DNA from: a virus
DNA length: 33,851 nt
Virus record (IMG/VR): IMGVR_UViG_3300025276_000015
Reading direction: 5' to 3' (one strand)
In this document: positions 1 through 8,714 of the stretch, one piece after another
Layout: each line of letters opens with the position of its first letter
Numbering within the stretch: the first letter of the stretch is position 1
Made by a program: the position numbers and the translations under genes
The notes under the pieces: generated by a model
Database searches by the model: none
What the model saw: only the letters and a program-made list of their open reading frames with translations
What the model was told of the DNA's origin: nothing

Positions 1-127
1 CACTTGCGCTGTGCGGCTGTGCTTTAAGCGTTTGCCCGTGAGTGTTAGCGTGACAATTGAGTTTAATTTGTCCTTCTACACTAGACCCATTGCCTTTTAC
101 TTCTATTATTTGTGTGGCCGGGGACAC
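1..127. repeat. 127-bp exact terminal overlap (identical to 33725..33851); circular-assembly closure rather than a biological repeat
   Basis: Base-by-base comparison: cacttgcgctgtgcggctgtgc...gtgtggccggggacac occurs at both window ends. The overlap lies inside one continuous minus-strand reading frame. Confidence 0.9.
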
Positions 128-463
128 AACCATATTTCCTGAAGCTGTAGTTGTTGTTCCACCCAAAACTGGAGAAGTTAATGTTTTGTTAGTTAGGGTC
201 TGTGTAGCCGTGACTCCCACTACGCCTGTCAGCGTATTATTAGCGTAATTAATAGTCTTATTGGTTAATGTATTTGTGCTAGTTTCGGTAATATAACCAC
301 CCGCATCAATCAAATAGCCAAGGCTATTCCAGACAGTACTTCCGTTACCAGCCTTGAGTTTTGAGGTGTTAGTCTCAAGTCCCAGCTCGCCTTGAGCTAA
401 GGTAGGATTCGCAGAAGTCCAGTTGGCTGCGGTATCTCTTCTAATTTGTATCATGTCAGCCAT
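1..463 (-). CDS. Tail fibre protein, N-terminal part of a wrap-around gene (continues 33724..33141; 348 aa in total)
   Basis: ATG at 463..461 overlaps the upstream stop (TAATG). Hand translation gives MADMIQIRRDTAANWTSANPTLAQGELGLETNTSKLKAGNGSTVWNSLGYLIDA, the widespread phage tail-fibre N-terminal motif (Mtd_N / hyaluronidase-type), followed by LTNKT-type repeats. The frame is continuous with ORF 33141..33851 through the 127-bp overlap (463-127 = 336 = 112 codons). Confidence 0.8.
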   Translation of the reverse strand, partial: MADMIQIRRDTAANWTSANPTLAQGELGLETNTSKLKAGNGSTVWNSLGYLIDAGGYITETSTNTLTNKTINYANNTLTGVVGVTATQTLTNKTLTSPVLGGTTTTASGNMVVSPATQIIEVKGNGSSVEGQIKLNCHANTHGQTLKAQPHSAS

Positions 464-1680
464 TACGCTGTACCTCCGTTAATTGATTGCGGTGCTGTGT
501 AGACGCTATTGGCAAAGCCTCCGTCTGCTGAGTTTATTGTAATATTAGTTGTGTTGGTTGGAGCAACTACTATCCAAGAACCGCTTGATCTAACAAACAT
601 TATACTGCTTGTGCTATTAAAATAAGTCGCTCCTTCAATTAGCGCATCTCCGTTGTTATCTACGGTTGGCTCTGAAGATTTAGCGCCCAAGTACCGATCA
701 TCAAAAGATGTAAAACTGGCAGCAGAAGCAGTAGCAGAGGACGCACTAGCCGTTGCGCTTGTTGCGGCAGCGTTCTTTGCTACAACAGCAGCGTCTTTAG
801 CGGCAACTGACAAGTCTTTAGCGGCTACCGATTCGTTTTTTGCTGTAACCGATAAGTCTTTTGCGGTAACTGATTCATTTTTTGCGGTAACTGATTCATT
901 TTTTGCAACTACAGATGCGTCTTTAGCTACCACCGCTGCCGCTGCCGAAGCCGCTGCTGCCGTAGCACTAGCCGCCGCCGCCGCGCTTGTGCCTACCCAA
1001 AAAGAAGCATTTGAAGCAGGAACCTTATTAATATTGTTGTTTTGTAGTGAGGTATAAAGAATACCGTCTGGGCCAACAACATTTTGATGGATTGAATAAG
1101 TTTCCGTACTCAACCAAGCAAAAGCTAACGAAACCCAAAAAGACGCTTGACTCGATGGGTTTTTATTAAGGTTATTGTTTTGCAAAGATTGAAACTGTGT
1201 TGTTCCTAAAAGAACTATATCGCCAGCACTGTAAGTAATGCCTGAGTTCCACTCTATGGAGTACAGCAGCGTCCAAAATCCAGAAGTAGTAGTAGGATTG
1301 TTATTCTGGTTTCCGTTAGCTAGTGACCTGTAGTAAACGCCATCACTGCCTATAACAACAGAGTTAGCCGAGTAGATAGTAGTCGCTACCCAAGCGTCAC
1401 CGAAGTTTGTGCCTGTCTCACCAATAGGATCTCTGACTAGGATCTGTACATCGTTCTTGTCAGTAAGAATGCCTTTGGCGTTACCGTTAAAGAATATGTT
1501 TGGTTGACGGCCTGCCGCAGTAAGAATTACCGGATTCGTGTTAGGAATGGTTAAGTTGATATCTGCAAACGTAGTTTTAGCCGTAGTTGTGCCAGACTCG
1601 TAGAAGTACAGCTTACCACCGCCTAGAGGATCGCCAGCATCGTCAAAGTATTGTGCGTTTATCTCACCGAATCTAGCCAT
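463..1680 (-). CDS. Tail fibre / receptor-binding protein with three CBM5/12-like repeats, an Ala-rich heptad coil and a C-terminal knob
   Basis: 405-aa ORF. The N-terminus (FDDAGDPLGGGKLYFYESGTTTAKTTFAD...NPVILTAAGR) resembles conserved fibre/tailspike N-termini. There are three repeats of W-x3-Y-x-[GDN]-x-V-x3-G-x2-[YF]-x-SL-x5-7-P-x5-6-FW, then eight AK[ND]xSV[TAV] heptads. Confidence 0.7.
   Translation of the reverse strand: MARFGEINAQYFDDAGDPLGGGKLYFYESGTTTAKTTFADINLTIPNTNPVILTAAGRQPNIFFNGNAKGILTDKNDVQILVRDPIGETGTNFGDAWVATTIYSANSVVIGSDGVYYRSLANGNQNNNPTTTSGFWTLLYSIEWNSGITYSAGDIVLLGTTQFQSLQNNNLNKNPSSQASFWVSLAFAWLSTETYSIHQNVVGPDGILYTSLQNNNINKVPASNASFWVGTSAAAAASATAAAASAAAAVVAKDASVVAKNESVTAKNESVTAKDLSVTAKNESVAAKDLSVAAKDAAVVAKNAAATSATASASSATASAASFTSFDDRYLGAKSSEPTVDNNGDALIEGATYFNSTSSIMFVRSSGSWIVVAPTNTTNITINSADGGFANSVYTAPQSINGGTA
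760..927. repeat. 21-bp tandem array (8 units, two identical) encoding heptads AKDASVV/AKNESVT/AKNESVT/AKDLSVT/AKNESVA/AKDLSVA/AKDAAVV/AKNAAAT
   Basis: ttttgcggtaactgattcatt occurs at 859-879 and again at 880-900, with diverged units on both sides. The period of 21 nt equals 7 aa in the fibre ORF. Confidence 0.85.
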
Positions 1681-1683
1681 AAT

Positions 1684-3984
1684 CTATTGCTCTCTTGTTC
1701 CTATGGTTTCACCTGTCTGGTATATGCCAACAGGAAGGTATGCGCTTATATAAGAAGCTAATCGCCTTGCTTCAGCGTCAGTCACCGATTCGTTAGCCTT
1801 TATTCTCATTATAGTTTCTACTATTCTGTTGGAATCTTCGCCGCCTTCTTGTATAAGAATTTCGGCAACTTGATTAAGTATTCTTGGAGTGGAATCTACT
1901 GTTTCTTCTCCTAGCTTACCAAGATAAGACCTTCCAAATTCTTGAGCTGCGTCTATAGGCTTAAGCTCTCTAGCCGATCTACCAACTCCACCTTCAGTAA
2001 TTTCTTCAATTTGACCAATAGCTTGAGTTCTAAATGCTGTTTTAGAATTTAAAGCCATGTCTCCTTCTCTGGATACTTGTTGCGCCAATCTTTCTAAAGT
2101 TCTTCTATATTCTCCTAATCTTTCAGAGCCTATAATTAAGCGCATTTTATTCAGATTTTCCGCAGTTCCGTACTCTCTCACTGATTTCATAGCGGCTCTT
2201 ATGCTGTCTTCGCTGGCAAAAGGATCTGCTAGAGTTCCTCTTATTCTTGCCATTGATTGTTCCATCTCAAAACCAAGCATCTTTCTAAGAGACTCTTGCA
2301 ATATTTCTCTTTGCTTTTTATCCTTTACAGAACCAAGAAATCTGGAAATAGTCCCAACAGTCACATCTTTAGAAAGAAAGTTTTGAGATATCTCAATAGA
2401 TTCTCTTTCTTGTATTGTATCCATGCCTAGTCTTAATGCTTCTCTATATCTAGGAATAGCTTCTTGCATAGACTTTTTTAGCTTTCTAGCAAACGAAAGC
2501 ATATCTGTGCCTGTTTGAGTTCCTCTGTATTTTGGGTCATAAGCCATGTCTCCTAAAGCACGCTTTAAATAATCAAGATGAATAGGCGTTTGATCTGGTA
2601 GCAACTCAAAAGTTTCTTCCCCAGCATCATTCAAAAAAGTTCTAAAGGCTATAGGAGGAGCTAAATCATCTCCAGCAGCAAGGCTTATATTGGCTTTTTC
2701 TATAGCTTCTTTTCTTACGCTTTCAGGAATTGAGTCTAATACTTTCTGTATATTTTTACCTTGCTTAGTATTGTAGTCAATAAGCGTATTATATACGGCT
2801 TTATAAGCGTCTTCTCTTTGAGGAGCTGTTTGCTTGTTTATTCTAGTAACAATATCCTGAGCATCGTCAACGTCAGTAAATGGTTCAAATATATTTTTTA
2901 ATGACTGCCTAAATTGTCTGCCTCTGGCGCGAGAAAGATCAATCATTCCTCTGTTTGCAGTTTCTACTGCATCACCCATTTTTGTCCGTGTTACATCTAA
3001 AAGCCGTGATGCGTTGGGGCTAGCATCAATAACTCTAGCGTCAGCTCCCATTCTAGCCATGTTTCTTCTTATGTCTTCTGGGCTTGAAGCAGACAAGGCT
3101 TGATCTTTAAGTATCCTAGCGGCATCTATATCTATATTTAATTCTTGAGCTAAATCATAAACATCAACAGCGGCAAACTTACGAGAAAGTCCTGCTTCAA
3201 GGAATCCTCCAACAGAGCCTCCAGCTCCTCCTAGAACTCCACCAAAGCCAGCGCCAAACTTTGCCATCCGCTCTCTTTCTTCTGGAGTCTCTCCTGCGCC
3301 ATATCCTGAAAGTCCTCCTTCAACAGATCCAGCAGCAGCTCCTTGAAGAAGCCTTTTTGCTATTAACCCGCCGCCTGTTTTAGCCGTTGTTCTAGTAGCT
3401 CCTAAAGCTGGCCCTCCGGTTGCTATTCCTGTTCCTATTTCTAAAGCCATACTTTCAACAGGTCTTGCTTCTTCCATTGCCTTTCGGCCTAAACGTATAT
3501 CTGCTTGCCTGCTTGGAGAAACAAATTGACCAGCAGCTTCATCAATAAACTCTCCAACAAACGGAATACCACGAGACGCTGTTTGCGCTCTAACCGTGGC
3601 AGGATTCATTTGCACTATGTCCTCGTACTGACGTTCTTTGTACATAGAGGAAGGACTTATTCCGTTGTATATTTTTAAAACTTCATCTTGGTCTGTTGTT
3701 GAATAAGCTGGATCGAAGTAACCCATAGTCCCATCAGGAGCTTGATACATATATCCTTGATCAGCGCCATAAGGCTCGTCTCCAACTTTTTGCAACGCAT
3801 AGTCAGAAGGAATATCAGGAAATCCAGAAGACTCTCTGCTTGATGCGCCAGAAGGTTGCCCAGAAGAGAAGGAAGAATCAAGCCTTTGTTGAGCTTGCGC
3901 TTGGCTCTCGCCTTCTCTTAAAGTGACGTTATAATCAGCGCCATCTAAGCCTTTTAGTGTTATAAAAGCGGTATTTTCAGCCAT
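1684..3984 (-). CDS. Large internal virion / ejection protein (putative)
   Basis: 766-aa ORF with Gly-zipper hydrophobic segments (GTGIATGGPALGA, GAGFGGVLGGAGGSVGGFLEAG) followed by a long helical region. It lies in the block after the hub gene where P22-like phages carry ejection proteins. No family recognised. Confidence 0.4.
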   Translation of the reverse strand: MAENTAFITLKGLDGADYNVTLREGESQAQAQQRLDSSFSSGQPSGASSRESSGFPDIPSDYALQKVGDEPYGADQGYMYQAPDGTMGYFDPAYSTTDQDEVLKIYNGISPSSMYKERQYEDIVQMNPATVRAQTASRGIPFVGEFIDEAAGQFVSPSRQADIRLGRKAMEEARPVESMALEIGTGIATGGPALGATRTTAKTGGGLIAKRLLQGAAAGSVEGGLSGYGAGETPEERERMAKFGAGFGGVLGGAGGSVGGFLEAGLSRKFAAVDVYDLAQELNIDIDAARILKDQALSASSPEDIRRNMARMGADARVIDASPNASRLLDVTRTKMGDAVETANRGMIDLSRARGRQFRQSLKNIFEPFTDVDDAQDIVTRINKQTAPQREDAYKAVYNTLIDYNTKQGKNIQKVLDSIPESVRKEAIEKANISLAAGDDLAPPIAFRTFLNDAGEETFELLPDQTPIHLDYLKRALGDMAYDPKYRGTQTGTDMLSFARKLKKSMQEAIPRYREALRLGMDTIQERESIEISQNFLSKDVTVGTISRFLGSVKDKKQREILQESLRKMLGFEMEQSMARIRGTLADPFASEDSIRAAMKSVREYGTAENLNKMRLIIGSERLGEYRRTLERLAQQVSREGDMALNSKTAFRTQAIGQIEEITEGGVGRSARELKPIDAAQEFGRSYLGKLGEETVDSTPRILNQVAEILIQEGGEDSNRIVETIMRIKANESVTDAEARRLASYISAYLPVGIYQTGETIGTREQ

Positions 3985-3995
3985 GAATTAACCTA

Positions 3996-5330
3996 TTAGG
4001 CACCTACTGGAGTTATAGAACCATCTGATGGAGGAGTGAATACAGGTGTACCCAAATCAAAAATAACTTGGCCTGAGATTCTATTTATTTTTCGCTTCTG
4101 TGCATCGCTGTAAAGATTTCCTTCGTCAAGTTGTAAATCTGCATCTAAGTATTGCTGAAATGTCATTTCACCAATTGCAAACTGACGAGCAAGTTCTATT
4201 TTTTGTTTTGCTCTTTCCGCTGCTGGTCTGAACGATTCTACAAGAATTTGCCTTCCTTCCACTGACTGAAGAAGACTTGGCAATGAGCCTAGATATGCTT
4301 TAAATTCTATGTCAGACGTACTACCAGATCCTGCCACTCTCATTTGTGGAGCAACTTGAGTCCTTAGTGAATCTGCCACTGCCTGTATGCCGTTTGGATC
4401 AGCCATAGATATGCTTAAATCTGGGAACATATTTCTAACTATTCTTTCAGCTCCACTCATATCTTGAGCGTTTAAAGAATTTGCCATTTGCTCTACTTTT
4501 CCAAAAGTAGCAATAGCCATTCTTTGCTCGTTCAAAGACTCTCTGGTTGGAATAAAGCCTTCCATAGCTTGCTGTTGCATTTGGTCGCTGAACGCAGGAC
4601 TTTCTGGAGAAGTATTGATGTTTATTCCTCCACCACCCATTGTTTCGGGCTTTCCTGTTTGAACATTCATCCTAGAAGGAACTCCTTCAGGTATTCCAAA
4701 TGAAGTTCTTTCCTGATCCGTCATAGCACGATAACTTTCGGCAGGCTGATAACCACCAACAGTCTGAGCGGTAGGATCACCACCCAATCTTTGAGTAACC
4801 ATCTGACCTTGATCTGTAAGCATCTTCGGATCAATGGTTTGCTTAGGCAATGCACTTAGAAAAGTATTTAGCTCTCCCATTACTATGTCTGGTCTGCCGC
4901 GCACAAGAGCGTCTCTAAGCATCTTTGTGTCTGAAGTATCCTCACCCATTTTCTCAAGAAGGCTCATGCGGTCAACAAGAACATCTATAGCTTTTGGAAA
5001 ATCTTCATTTTGAATAGCTGTCTGAATGTTTCTTGCGTCTAAAGCTGTTGCCTGCAATAACTTCATATCTTTTTGCTGGCGTTGATTCTTTAAAGACTCA
5101 AGATATTCGTCACCTTTTCCAGCATACCCAGCGCCAAAACCTCTTGCAAAACGACCAGCTTTATTAAAAAAACTGTCTTTTTCTTGGTCAGGAATAACTT
5201 TAAATGCTGGGCTTGAAACTGAGCTTGCAGTAGGCTGTCGCACATTAGCAGCCGCTCTAGATATAGGGTCAGCATCCTCATTCTTTACAGGAAGGCCAGC
5301 AAGCATTCTTTCAAATTCTTCATCAGTCAT
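3996..5330 (-). CDS. Hypothetical virion protein (putative internal/ejection protein)
   Basis: 444-aa ORF packed tightly between two large virion-block genes. No motif recognised. Confidence 0.35.
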   Translation of the reverse strand: MTDEEFERMLAGLPVKNEDADPISRAAANVRQPTASSVSSPAFKVIPDQEKDSFFNKAGRFARGFGAGYAGKGDEYLESLKNQRQQKDMKLLQATALDARNIQTAIQNEDFPKAIDVLVDRMSLLEKMGEDTSDTKMLRDALVRGRPDIVMGELNTFLSALPKQTIDPKMLTDQGQMVTQRLGGDPTAQTVGGYQPAESYRAMTDQERTSFGIPEGVPSRMNVQTGKPETMGGGGININTSPESPAFSDQMQQQAMEGFIPTRESLNEQRMAIATFGKVEQMANSLNAQDMSGAERIVRNMFPDLSISMADPNGIQAVADSLRTQVAPQMRVAGSGSTSDIEFKAYLGSLPSLLQSVEGRQILVESFRPAAERAKQKIELARQFAIGEMTFQQYLDADLQLDEGNLYSDAQKRKINRISGQVIFDLGTPVFTPPSDGSITPVGA

Positions 5331-5345
5331 TATTTTGCCTCTGCA

Positions 5346-7685
5346 TTAGATCGGAATTGAAGAAGTCACCGGAGCCGCTGCGCCTCCAGTTGCCAATCCG
5401 CTCATTGTTCTTCCAAAATCATTCACCATACCACTAACCTGAGTTGTCTGGCCTAACCCAGCTGGGTTGTAAGCAGCGCCAGTTCCTGTGGCTATTCCTG
5501 CTAACTGACCAGCCGTGCCGCCTATCATACCTGACATTCCAGCACCTGCGCCGCCTTGGATGCCAGCTAGTATATTAGCCTGCTGACCGATTAGATCAGA
5601 CATACCGACACCTTGATCGCCTTGGTACTGAGCAAGAGCATTGATCTGGTTGGTAATGTTCCCAGCAATGTCTCGGCCTGCTTGCATCCTGTTAGCAGCT
5701 AATGCGCCGCCTGTACCATAGAGATAATCACCGACTGTCATCCCCCCAGTAAGACTTACGTCACCCAACTGCCGACCTGCCTGAGAAGCTAACTGAGACT
5801 GCGCTAAAGACCTGCCGCTAGCTATGTCAGCCAATTGCGAACCTGCGCCTGTAAGTGCTTGCATTCCTAAAGTGCCGCCAGTAACACCAAGGTTTCCTAG
5901 CTGCTGACCAGCGCCTGTAAGTGTACTCAGTCCTTGCTGTCCTGCTAACGTCCCTAGTCCTGCGAGCTGCTGGCCTGTGCCAAGCTGAGACTGAGCAATC
6001 TGTGCGCGTTGTGCAGCTAACTGTTGTGCCGCTTGAGTCTGTAGATCAGCCTGTGCAGCGCCGCCTTGAGCAGCAAACTGAGCCGCCGAACCACTAGCGC
6101 CAAGACCTTGAGAGCCTAATTGCTGAAGATTAGCTATCTGGTTCTGCAAATCCTGAGAAGCTAGTCCAGTATTAAACCTAGACAACTCTTTCATTACATT
6201 GCCGCCGCCTACACCGCCTCTTGCAGCCGCTGTGCGTAACGCTGCTCGCTCGCCTTGCTCTCTTAAAAACTGTTGTTGTGGGCTGGCTTGGAAAGCCTGA
6301 TTAAACGCTTCTTGGCCTAACGCGCCAGATAAAGCAGCTTGCTGCTGAAGAGCAGCCGTGCCTGCTTGGCGGTACGGATCAAACATCTGCCCAGCTTGAC
6401 CGAACGCTTGACCAACCTGCTGGGATGCTAGATCACGAGCGGCTGTTATGTCGCCTAAGCCTTGTCCATACTGTTGAGCTGCTTGCTGTTGAGCCGTTTG
6501 AAGGTCAGTCCTTGCACCGCCTAGACCTTGGTATAACGCGCCAAGTCCAGCTTGTGCGCCTCCCATAATATCTCGTCTTGCAGCACCAAGACCTGTACCA
6601 AGAGCTTCTAGTCCCAACCCAGTGCCTGACTGAATTAAACCTCCAGCTTCTTGAGCGCCTTGGGTTAAGTCCTGACGAGCAATCTGAGTGCCGCCAAGAA
6701 TGTCTTGTCGTGCTTGGCCTGCGCCTGACTCAATAGCCTGTGCAGCAGCGGTTACACCGCCTGCTAGAGCGCGTTCTGCTCCAGCTAAACCAGTTTGACC
6801 GCCAGAGCCTGCACGGCCTCCTACGGCTGTAGAGGAAGCCACAGAGCCTGTTCCAGAGCTAACGCCAGCGCCAGTGCCTCCAGCTACCTCTGTCCCTGCC
6901 ACAGTGCCGCCAGTGGTAGTACCTGTGCCGCCAGTAGTAGTGTCACCAGTTACAGCTCCTGCGCCAGCCTTTGCTGTGTTGTAAGCAGACTGAACCTCGG
7001 CTAAAGGTATTCCAGTAGCGCGAGACATATCATCAACAGAGACACCAAAGTTGTCCATGTTAGTCGCTATCTGATCTAACGACTGATTAGTCTCTGAGGC
7101 GTAACGCTTTAATAAGTTATCCGGTATGCCGTTGGGGAAATCTTTTTTTGCTTGCTCTAAGCCGCCAGCAACAATGTTCTCTATATCTACCATCTCTTGA
7201 GCGCGAGTATAACGAGTTGTAGCCTCATCCATTGGTACGCCCAATGATTGAGCGACTTGCTCAACACCAATGCCTTGCTTAGTCATTTCACGGTAAATAT
7301 CTTGATCGGTAGTGGCTTGGCCTGAATTGATATAGTCAATGACGTTATCAAGACCAGTTTTTTCAGCAACTACAGTCTCAGTCACTTCTGCTTTTGCAGC
7401 TTCTGTAGCCGCTGCTTGCGCTTCGTTAGCGGCAGTCTCAGCAGTGCTTTGAGACGATATAGCAGTATCAAAAGCTCTTTGAGCCTCAGCCATAGGAACG
7501 CCGAGAGTGCTTGCCACAGAGCCTAGATTCGCGCCAGTAGACTGAATTAAGGAAGCAATGTCCTCTAACGAGGCATTTGGATTATTTTGAACAAATTGAA
7601 CAACCGTGTCTTCAGCGCTAGGAATATTGACTCCTATACCACTGAGAGCTTCTGCCATTGCGCGTTCATCGTCTTGTCTAGCCAT
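5346..7685 (-). CDS. Gly/Ala/Gln-rich internal virion (ejection/DNA-transfer-type) protein with three N-terminal helical repeats
   Basis: 779-aa ORF. Three repeats are visible (..LEDIASLIQSTGANLGSVASTLGVPMAEAQRAFDTA / ..DQDIYREMTKQGIGVEQVAQSLGVPMDEATTRYTRA / ..LDQIATNMDNFGVSVDDMSRATGIPLAEVQSAYNTA), followed by about 500 aa of G/A/Q/L-rich sequence. Its start overlaps the upstream stop (TAATG). Confidence 0.4.
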   Translation of the reverse strand: MARQDDERAMAEALSGIGVNIPSAEDTVVQFVQNNPNASLEDIASLIQSTGANLGSVASTLGVPMAEAQRAFDTAISSQSTAETAANEAQAAATEAAKAEVTETVVAEKTGLDNVIDYINSGQATTDQDIYREMTKQGIGVEQVAQSLGVPMDEATTRYTRAQEMVDIENIVAGGLEQAKKDFPNGIPDNLLKRYASETNQSLDQIATNMDNFGVSVDDMSRATGIPLAEVQSAYNTAKAGAGAVTGDTTTGGTGTTTGGTVAGTEVAGGTGAGVSSGTGSVASSTAVGGRAGSGGQTGLAGAERALAGGVTAAAQAIESGAGQARQDILGGTQIARQDLTQGAQEAGGLIQSGTGLGLEALGTGLGAARRDIMGGAQAGLGALYQGLGGARTDLQTAQQQAAQQYGQGLGDITAARDLASQQVGQAFGQAGQMFDPYRQAGTAALQQQAALSGALGQEAFNQAFQASPQQQFLREQGERAALRTAAARGGVGGGNVMKELSRFNTGLASQDLQNQIANLQQLGSQGLGASGSAAQFAAQGGAAQADLQTQAAQQLAAQRAQIAQSQLGTGQQLAGLGTLAGQQGLSTLTGAGQQLGNLGVTGGTLGMQALTGAGSQLADIASGRSLAQSQLASQAGRQLGDVSLTGGMTVGDYLYGTGGALAANRMQAGRDIAGNITNQINALAQYQGDQGVGMSDLIGQQANILAGIQGGAGAGMSGMIGGTAGQLAGIATGTGAAYNPAGLGQTTQVSGMVNDFGRTMSGLATGGAAAPVTSSIPI

Positions 7686-8245
7686 TAGAGTCGCCCCATT
7701 GCTTGTAGCTCAGCCAAAGCCGCTTCATCTATGCCCATGCCAGCTAACGCATTAGCTTGCCCACCCATCCGCATCATTTGAGCTTGTTGACCTTGATACT
7801 CAGGAGTTAGGTGCTGCATAACCGGATCTATTGTAGTCGCTTCAGCTAAATACGCAGGATTAGCTACCGCATCAGGCAACTGCTGCTGAGCGAAGGACAT
7901 ATCATAACTGCCTTGATATGGCTGCAATGCAGCGTAATTAACATCGCCGCCTCGTATTGCCTGTTCGTACATTGGCATACCAGATAACAATGCGCCTTGA
8001 GCTGCGACATTGCCGCCAACAAAGGCATTAGCCTGTTGAGGCATAGATTGACCGTAAACATCTAATCCAGCCTGCTGGCCTGCTGTCATTGCAGCGTATT
8101 GGCTTGGCATAGCCTTTCTTATGTCGGCCCTGCCCATAGATTCTTGGCGAGCAAGAAAGTCTCTAGTTAGCTGGTTGGATTTCTCCTGACGCTCGATGCC
8201 TTCATCAGACTCGCCGCCAAATAGCGTTTTAACTAACTTACTCAT
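7685..8245 (-). CDS. Hypothetical virion-block protein (Gln/Ala/Met-rich)
   Basis: 186-aa ORF with overlapping start and stop codons on both sides. No motif recognised. Confidence 0.3.
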   Translation of the reverse strand: MSKLVKTLFGGESDEGIERQEKSNQLTRDFLARQESMGRADIRKAMPSQYAAMTAGQQAGLDVYGQSMPQQANAFVGGNVAAQGALLSGMPMYEQAIRGGDVNYAALQPYQGSYDMSFAQQQLPDAVANPAYLAEATTIDPVMQHLTPEYQGQQAQMMRMGGQANALAGMGIDEAALAELQAMGRL

Positions 8246-8714
8246 ATCTTGCCTCTAGTTCTTCTCTAGTTATTCCAAGAATCCACTGATCGTATATTTC
8301 GCCGTTCTTCTTAAAAGATTTTCTAATCTTGCCTTCAGCCTTCATGCCGCATTGTACGGCAAACATCTTAGCGTTAGGAAAGCAGGTAGCTATCTCGGCG
8401 TTTATCTTCTCGTACTTGGTGTTCTTAGTTATCCAAGTAAAAAACTCTTTAGCGCCGTTGTAGGCTTTCTTGCCTCTAAACTCTTTCAAGATCATTGGAT
8501 GGATCTCTATGGTTATGCTGTTTCGCATCTCAGCCATCCAAATACCGCAAACTTCATCATCTTCTGTATGTAAGAACCAACCACTGCTCATGTCTGGATA
8601 CCACTCAGCTCGTGAGAAGTTGTCCTCGCTGATTTCATCAAATACTTCAGATCCAGTAACAAATGATCTTATGAAGTCAGCATCTACAGTTCTAGTTATC
8701 ACACAAGAATCCAA
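8238..8714 (-). CDS. GNAT-family (RimJ/RimL-like) N-acetyltransferase-like protein
   Basis: 158 aa. ILKEFRGKKAYNGAKEFFTWI resembles the acetyl-CoA motif A region. KINAEIATCFPNAKMFAVQCGMKAEGKIRKSFKKNGEIYDQWILGITREE matches the usual GNAT C-terminal pattern (a.v...N..s......GF..EG..r.....G...D....gi.r.e). Confidence 0.55.
   Translation of the reverse strand: MDSCVITRTVDADFIRSFVTGSEVFDEISEDNFSRAEWYPDMSSGWFLHTEDDEVCGIWMAEMRNSITIEIHPMILKEFRGKKAYNGAKEFFTWITKNTKYEKINAEIATCFPNAKMFAVQCGMKAEGKIRKSFKKNGEIYDQWILGITREELEARYE

Noticed and set aside
1-127. The 127-bp identical window ends as biological direct terminal repeats (T7-like DTR)
   Set aside because: The repeat lies in the middle of a continuous tail-fibre reading frame. 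Its length equals a standard assembler k-mer, so a circular-contig artefact is far more likely. The terminase and portal are P22-like, which implies headful packaging.
1-463. Mtd_N-type fibre N-terminus as a sign of a diversity-generating retroelement
   Set aside because: No reverse transcriptase ORF, no template/variable repeat pair and no C-type-lectin-like C-terminus are visible anywhere in the genome. This N-terminal motif is widespread in ordinary fibres.
653-1057. Plus-strand 134-aa ORF rich in Ala, and similar antisense ORFs (57..248, 2057..2386, 6795..7004, 10807..11103, 12481..12792, 18242..18592, 23512..23943, 30762..31100 and others)
   Set aside because: All lie antisense to, or out of frame within, long well-supported genes. 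They have low-complexity or Cys/Arg/Ser-rich composition and no SD or start-context support. They are shadows of the Ala/Gly-rich or codon-biased true frames.
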